Source of the DNA: Eledone cirrhosa
Lineage: Eukaryota
DNA: 64,000 bases
Direction of reading: 5' to 3'
NCBI GenBank assembly: GCA_964016885.1
Contig: OZ024746.1
Location: 92,752,001-92,816,000 of the forward strand
A program made the translations under genes and the position numbers. Below are positions 59,458-64,000 of the stretch, one piece after another (the first letter of the stretch is position 1; every line of letters begins with the position of its first letter). The notes under the pieces were generated by a model that saw only the letters and a list, made by a program, of their open reading frames with translations, had not been told where the DNA came from and ran no database searches.

Positions 59458-60566
59458 ATGTATATTTATTTATATATATATGATGATGGCTGCCCCCTTG
59501 ATATCGAGTATGGCCATTGCACAACATAACATTATTAATAATTATCAATTAATGATATCGTGCATGAAGATTTTTTTTAAAGTGAGGAAAGACTGTGCAC
59601 TGAGCCAATCCCACTCTCTGAACAACAGTAGCTATAACACGAAAAGAAGAAAAGATCAACATCATCGGTAACTACTGAGCCACAGATTTTATGTCAGAGT
59701 TATCCCAGTTTCCCGAGTTGCCTTCTCCTAGAAGAATGCTCTAACAAGGGCTAGAGGTCCTTCACTCCCAGTGGTTTAATCGCACGATCGGGTATCCAGC
59801 TCGATTATTTCGATGTCCCCGCGCATATATATACATATGTATACATGTATATACATATATACATATGTATATATCATCATCATCGTTTAATGTCCATCTT
59901 CCACGCTAGCATGGGTTAGACGGGTTTGTCCCAAATATGTATATTTCTATATGTATTTATGTTCATAGATGGAACAAAGGTGTTGCTCAAGGTTTCAAGG
60001 CGCAAATTTGACCATACCTCCAGAAAACAAGCAGCATCAAAAATAATGACCTTTCTTCAGGCGCTTGTATGGTTGGGTAGTGCCTTTGTTCTGTGTATGA
60101 ACATAAATAAATATTTCTGCTCTCTTCTCGATTGAGAACTGTTTTTCTTTTCACTTCTACAGATATTAATACATCTATATATATCGTTCGGACAAAAGCT
60201 CATTGAGAAAGTAATTCCTGTCCGCTGCTTTCTAGAAGTCTTATATATTTTTATGTGGGCTGATAGAGGGCGATTTAAGGATTTACAGAAACCCAAGAAG
60301 CTAGATTTACCATCTTTCTAGCGGGTCCGGGTAAGCTTTTTACATTCATTTGATTTATTGATTTATTGATATTTTATCTGAGTGACCCGAATCTTCCAGA
60401 TCGTAATTTTTCGGTCGTATGGTTGATTTTAGACATGATCTATGTGTGTTGGTATTTTAACGATAGTTATAGCTCTGATTTATCTGAATTATTGAGCCCT
60501 CTGCCACGCATTTCGAATTTTGTTTATCGTGAACTCGTGCGCCGATTTTTCGATACTCGATTATTC

Positions 60567-60617
<51 letters not shown>

Positions 60618-60947
60618 GCGGTTATATTTAATTTATTGGGATACAACAAGCAAAATATTTTTATAACTGATATAAAGCACTCAACAAATTATTGGAGTAA
60701 ATATACAATATATTAACAAATGGAAACTATATTTATTTCATTATACATATTTCAAGGGCCACCAAGGCAAACTATGGTGCGCTTTCATCAGATAAAATAT
60801 AATATAGGTTAGTTTTATAAATAAATATTGACATACCCTGAAAAAATGCAACCATTCTGGTTGGAATCTCCAGGAGATTCCAACCAGAATGGTTGCATTT
60901 TTTCAGGGTATGTCAATATTTATTTATAAAACTAACCTATATTATAT

Positions 60948-61007
60948 TTTATCTGATGAAAGCGCACCATAGTTTGCCTTGGTGGCCCTTGAAATATGTA
61001 TAATGAA
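60948..61007 (+). ncRNA. Type-I hammerhead ribozyme motif in palindrome arm
   Basis: tttat-CTGATGA-aagcgcacca...tggtggccctt-GAAA-tatgta-TA-atgaa; mirror copy on the minus strand at about 60737-60796. Confidence 0.8.
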
Positions 61008-61557
61008 ATAAATATGGTTTTATAAATATAGTTTCCATTTGTTAATATATATATATGTTGGAGGTTAAAAAGGAAAGGAAATTATAATTTCTAAAAAGAG
61101 TGTGACAAATAAAAAGAATTTTTTTTTTTACTTAAATAGACTGTTAAAGGTAAAGAGTACTGCATACTTATCTACAATTATATGCACCAAATAACAATAA
61201 TAATAAACATTTATGTACATTTAATACTGAAAGAAGAAATAGAAGATATGTTATATAACAGCTTGTCCTGCTCAACTTTCTGAATGCATCAAAGCATGCA
61301 ACAACATTCCAGTTTCATGTGTAAATTAAAGTTTTAAAAAAAACGATGAAAAAATGAAAACAAACCATAATTCTTTACAATACATAACAATAATAATAAT
61401 AATGATAATAATTTTTAGATAAAGAGGAAAGAAAGAAAGAGAAAAGAAATGAATAAATCAAAATGAAATTAAGATGATACAAGGAAGCACTTTGACATTA
61501 GTTGACTAAGGCGGAAAAATGAAAAAGCCAAAATAATGAAGAAGTGGAAATATTTAC

Positions 61558-61701
61558 CATCAGGAGAACATCCGAATTCATCGGAACCATCACCACACTG
61601 GGGAACTCCATCACAGACATATTCCAATTTAATGCAATCTACGCCAATACTTTCAGAGATTCTTTTTTCACATTCAAAGTGTTTTTTGTCACACTTTCTT
61701 C
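61558..61701 (-). CDS. LRP11: LRP11-like gene, LDL-receptor class A repeat exon
   Basis: Acceptor attttccag, donor gtaaat; 144 nt, phase 1-1; RKCDKKHFECEKRISESIGVDCIKLEYVCDGVPQCGDGSDEFGCSPD has the LDLa C..F.C...CI...VCDG...C.DGSDE..C signature. Confidence 0.92.
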
Positions 61702-62456
61702 CTGGAAAATGGAACAATATAATTAAACTTTGAGAATTTCAAAAAAATCATTTCTTGTGTTGAAACTGATTAACCCTTTAACATTTAAACTGGCCATATC
61801 TGTCCAGAATTCTCTCACCTCTTTCTGTTCAAACCAGCTGTAACCAGCCGCTCATACTGACATTAAAGTATTGTTCTTAAAATAAATATCAAAATCTCAT
61901 AGATTCGATATGTGAGATAATTATGTGAGGTAAAACCTTTTCCATGAAAATATAATAGTATATATAGAGTAATGGAAATGCTAAAGGGTTAATGACCATA
62001 TTTCTAATGAAACAATCTACTTTAATAAATTAATAAAGAATTTTGAGGGATTTACTAAAATTATTATTTCATTACTACGTTAGTAGCTTGTTGTCAGAAG
62101 AATACAAGCAGCCAAAATGACGTTCCTCCAAAGGGTCTTTGGAGTAACATTACCAGGTAGAGCTGCTACATCTTAGAATTGAAATATCACAGCTCAAATA
62201 CCATGGGCATGCGGTTAGAATGTCTCAGGAAAGAATCACTAGACAGATTTTATGGGCAAAACCAACAGGCAGGAGTCCCAGGAGTAGAGTTGTAGCAAGA
62301 TGGTAGGATAAGATCCGTGAGCTTGGCTGGTCTTGTTTGGGGATCCAGCTGAATCACTTGGAAGGAGTTTTTGAGGATTGCCTCCACGATCCTCTCAAGA
62401 ATAAGTGGGAGGAGAAGAAGAAGAAAAGGAAAGAAAGAATAAAACAAAGTACTCAC

Positions 62457-62570
62457 TGCAAATTCCATATTTAATGATGTATCCCTCTTGACATTTGCAT
62501 TTCCTTTCAATACATTCTGAATGTCTATCTTCACATTTATCCACTGCGGTACACATATCATCAAGGGACA
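62457..62570 (-). CDS. LRP11: LRP11-like gene, internal exon encoding a 6-Cys EB/EGF-like module
   Basis: Acceptor ctacttcag, donor gtgagt; 114 nt, phase 1-1; translates SLDDMCTAVDKCEDRHSECIERKCKCQEGYIIKYGIC (a different frame from the ORF track) and joins in frame to the LDLa exon. Confidence 0.85.
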
Positions 62571-63014
62571 CTGAAGTAGTAAAAGTTTACAAAACCATTT
62601 CAATTAAAATGAAACATTTTCGTTATCAGATTTTAATTAAAAAGAAATGCTGCCTATAGTTTTCAAATCACTTTGAAAATAATCAAGAATTTGGTAGGAT
62701 TTAGAACTTAAAGGTTCTTACGTAAAATTATGATGGAATGTTTTTAGATGAATATAAATAGTTCAGTATTGCAGAACCAATTCTTAAAAGCTTAAGTAGG
62801 CTATGAGGATAACCCATTCCATCAGACTAATCCAATAAAAATAATTCACCATCAGTGTTTTCTGAAACACCATTGTAAATGTACAACAAATGTAATTCTT
62901 GTTCTTTTACTGGTTTCAGCAATTGCACTGTGGCCATGCTTTCAGGATTTTCACTGACTATTTAGATAACAGTACTTTGTCTAGTATTTATTTTATAACA
63001 ATAAACACCTGAAG

Positions 63015-63610
63015 AAGGGTACCAAGATCAGAGTGTATAGAGTCATAGTCCTTACCACTCTCCTATATGGCTCAGTCATGGGTCACTTATCACCACCACC
63101 TTCGACTCCACAAGCACTGCCTCCGCACTATCCTCGACATCCACTGGAAAGACTTTGTCACCAATGAACGGGCGGAGGTCACATCTCCAGGATAAAGGAT
63201 CATCACCTGCCCAGGATCATGCTGTACAACAAACTCTCCACTGGCCATCGTGACAGGCGGGGCACCAAGGAAGCAATACAAGGACTGTTTGAAAAAATCC
63301 CTTGGTGCCTATCACATTGACCATCACCGGTGCTCCACCTTAGCTGAGAATCATGATGCCTGGTGTCTCAACATCAACCATGCTGTCTCAGCCTTTGAAA
63401 ATACCCGCAAATCTACCCTCAAAGACAGAAGACACAGGAGAAAGAGCCACAACACCAGGTCATCAAATCCTGATCAGACCTTCAGGTACAGCCACTGTGG
63501 CTGTGTCTGTCTGTCCCGTATTGGCCGGAATGACCACGAGTGTGCCTCCAGTCAATGTTGACCACCCCCTTCATAATCTTCATTCGCTAAGGCAAGCCAT
63601 GATGATGATT
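63015..63610 (+). mobile_element. RTE (BovB-like) 3' fragment
   Basis: TKIRVYRVIVLTTLLYGS; GAPRKQYKDCLKKSL; C-terminal HCGCVCLSRIG..H zinc-finger-like motif; (GAT)n tail. Confidence 0.75.
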
Positions 63611-64000
63611 TTTATAAACCTTGGTAGGAGGTGAAAGGTAAAATTGACCAGGGATAAGGGGAGACACCAATACAAAACTTGAAATCACAAGGCATTTTGG
63701 CTGATGTACCCATTTGTTATGGAATAATGATACACACACACACATGTGGAAGGAGGAGAAGGATCGAAAAATTCAGCCGAAAGGAGGAAGAGATAGCAAG
63801 TCATGAAAAAGACCTGGCCTGATCTTTTACAGGTAAACTTTTTCCAGAACGTTTATTAAAGGGTCTCTCATTATAAGTGATTGGAAAATGAAGGTGGGAT
63901 GGTGACTGATAGATAGCTAGTGGTATTTGAGGTAGGGGTAGGGTTGATAGCGAACGTGGGCGGGGATTGTGGTGGTGGTAACATTAAATATTGCGAAGGT

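Noticed and set aside
60255-60340. ctgataga...gaaaccc...gggta hammerhead-like string
   Set aside because: Extra base in the core and no convincing stem I or stem II.
62250-62603. 117-aa ORF in the track
   Set aside because: Wrong frame; the real exon (62457-62570) is the Cys-patterned frame bounded by AG/GT.

Overview
AT-rich, repeat-dense animal genomic DNA; the SINE/RTE repertoire and (TA)n abundance suggest an octopus or related cephalopod (inference). The window holds the 3' part of one minus-strand gene, an LRP11-like type-I membrane protein. Five phase-1 exons (62570-62457, 61701-61558, 39816-38728, 12159-12118, 7429-6819) splice in frame into: EB/EGF-like module, LDLa repeat, long Q/N-rich stalk with polyQ, TM helix, and a tail ending EADYLINGMYL. 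The 5' exons lie beyond the window. Introns and downstream DNA are filled with RTE, L1/Tx1, CRE, CR1 and Penelope relics, tRNA-derived SINEs, TTAA-flanked piggyBac-type MITEs, a hAT MITE and microsatellites. The most striking unannotated signal is a set of short fold-back elements embedded in (TA)n tracts whose arms carry type-I hammerhead ribozyme motifs (stem I-CTGA[T/A]GA-stem II-GAAA-short palindrome-TA-stem I'). About seven such loci from different sequence families are present, alongside two decayed Penelope GIY-YIG fragments. All coordinates and alignments were read by eye, so repeat edges are approximate.
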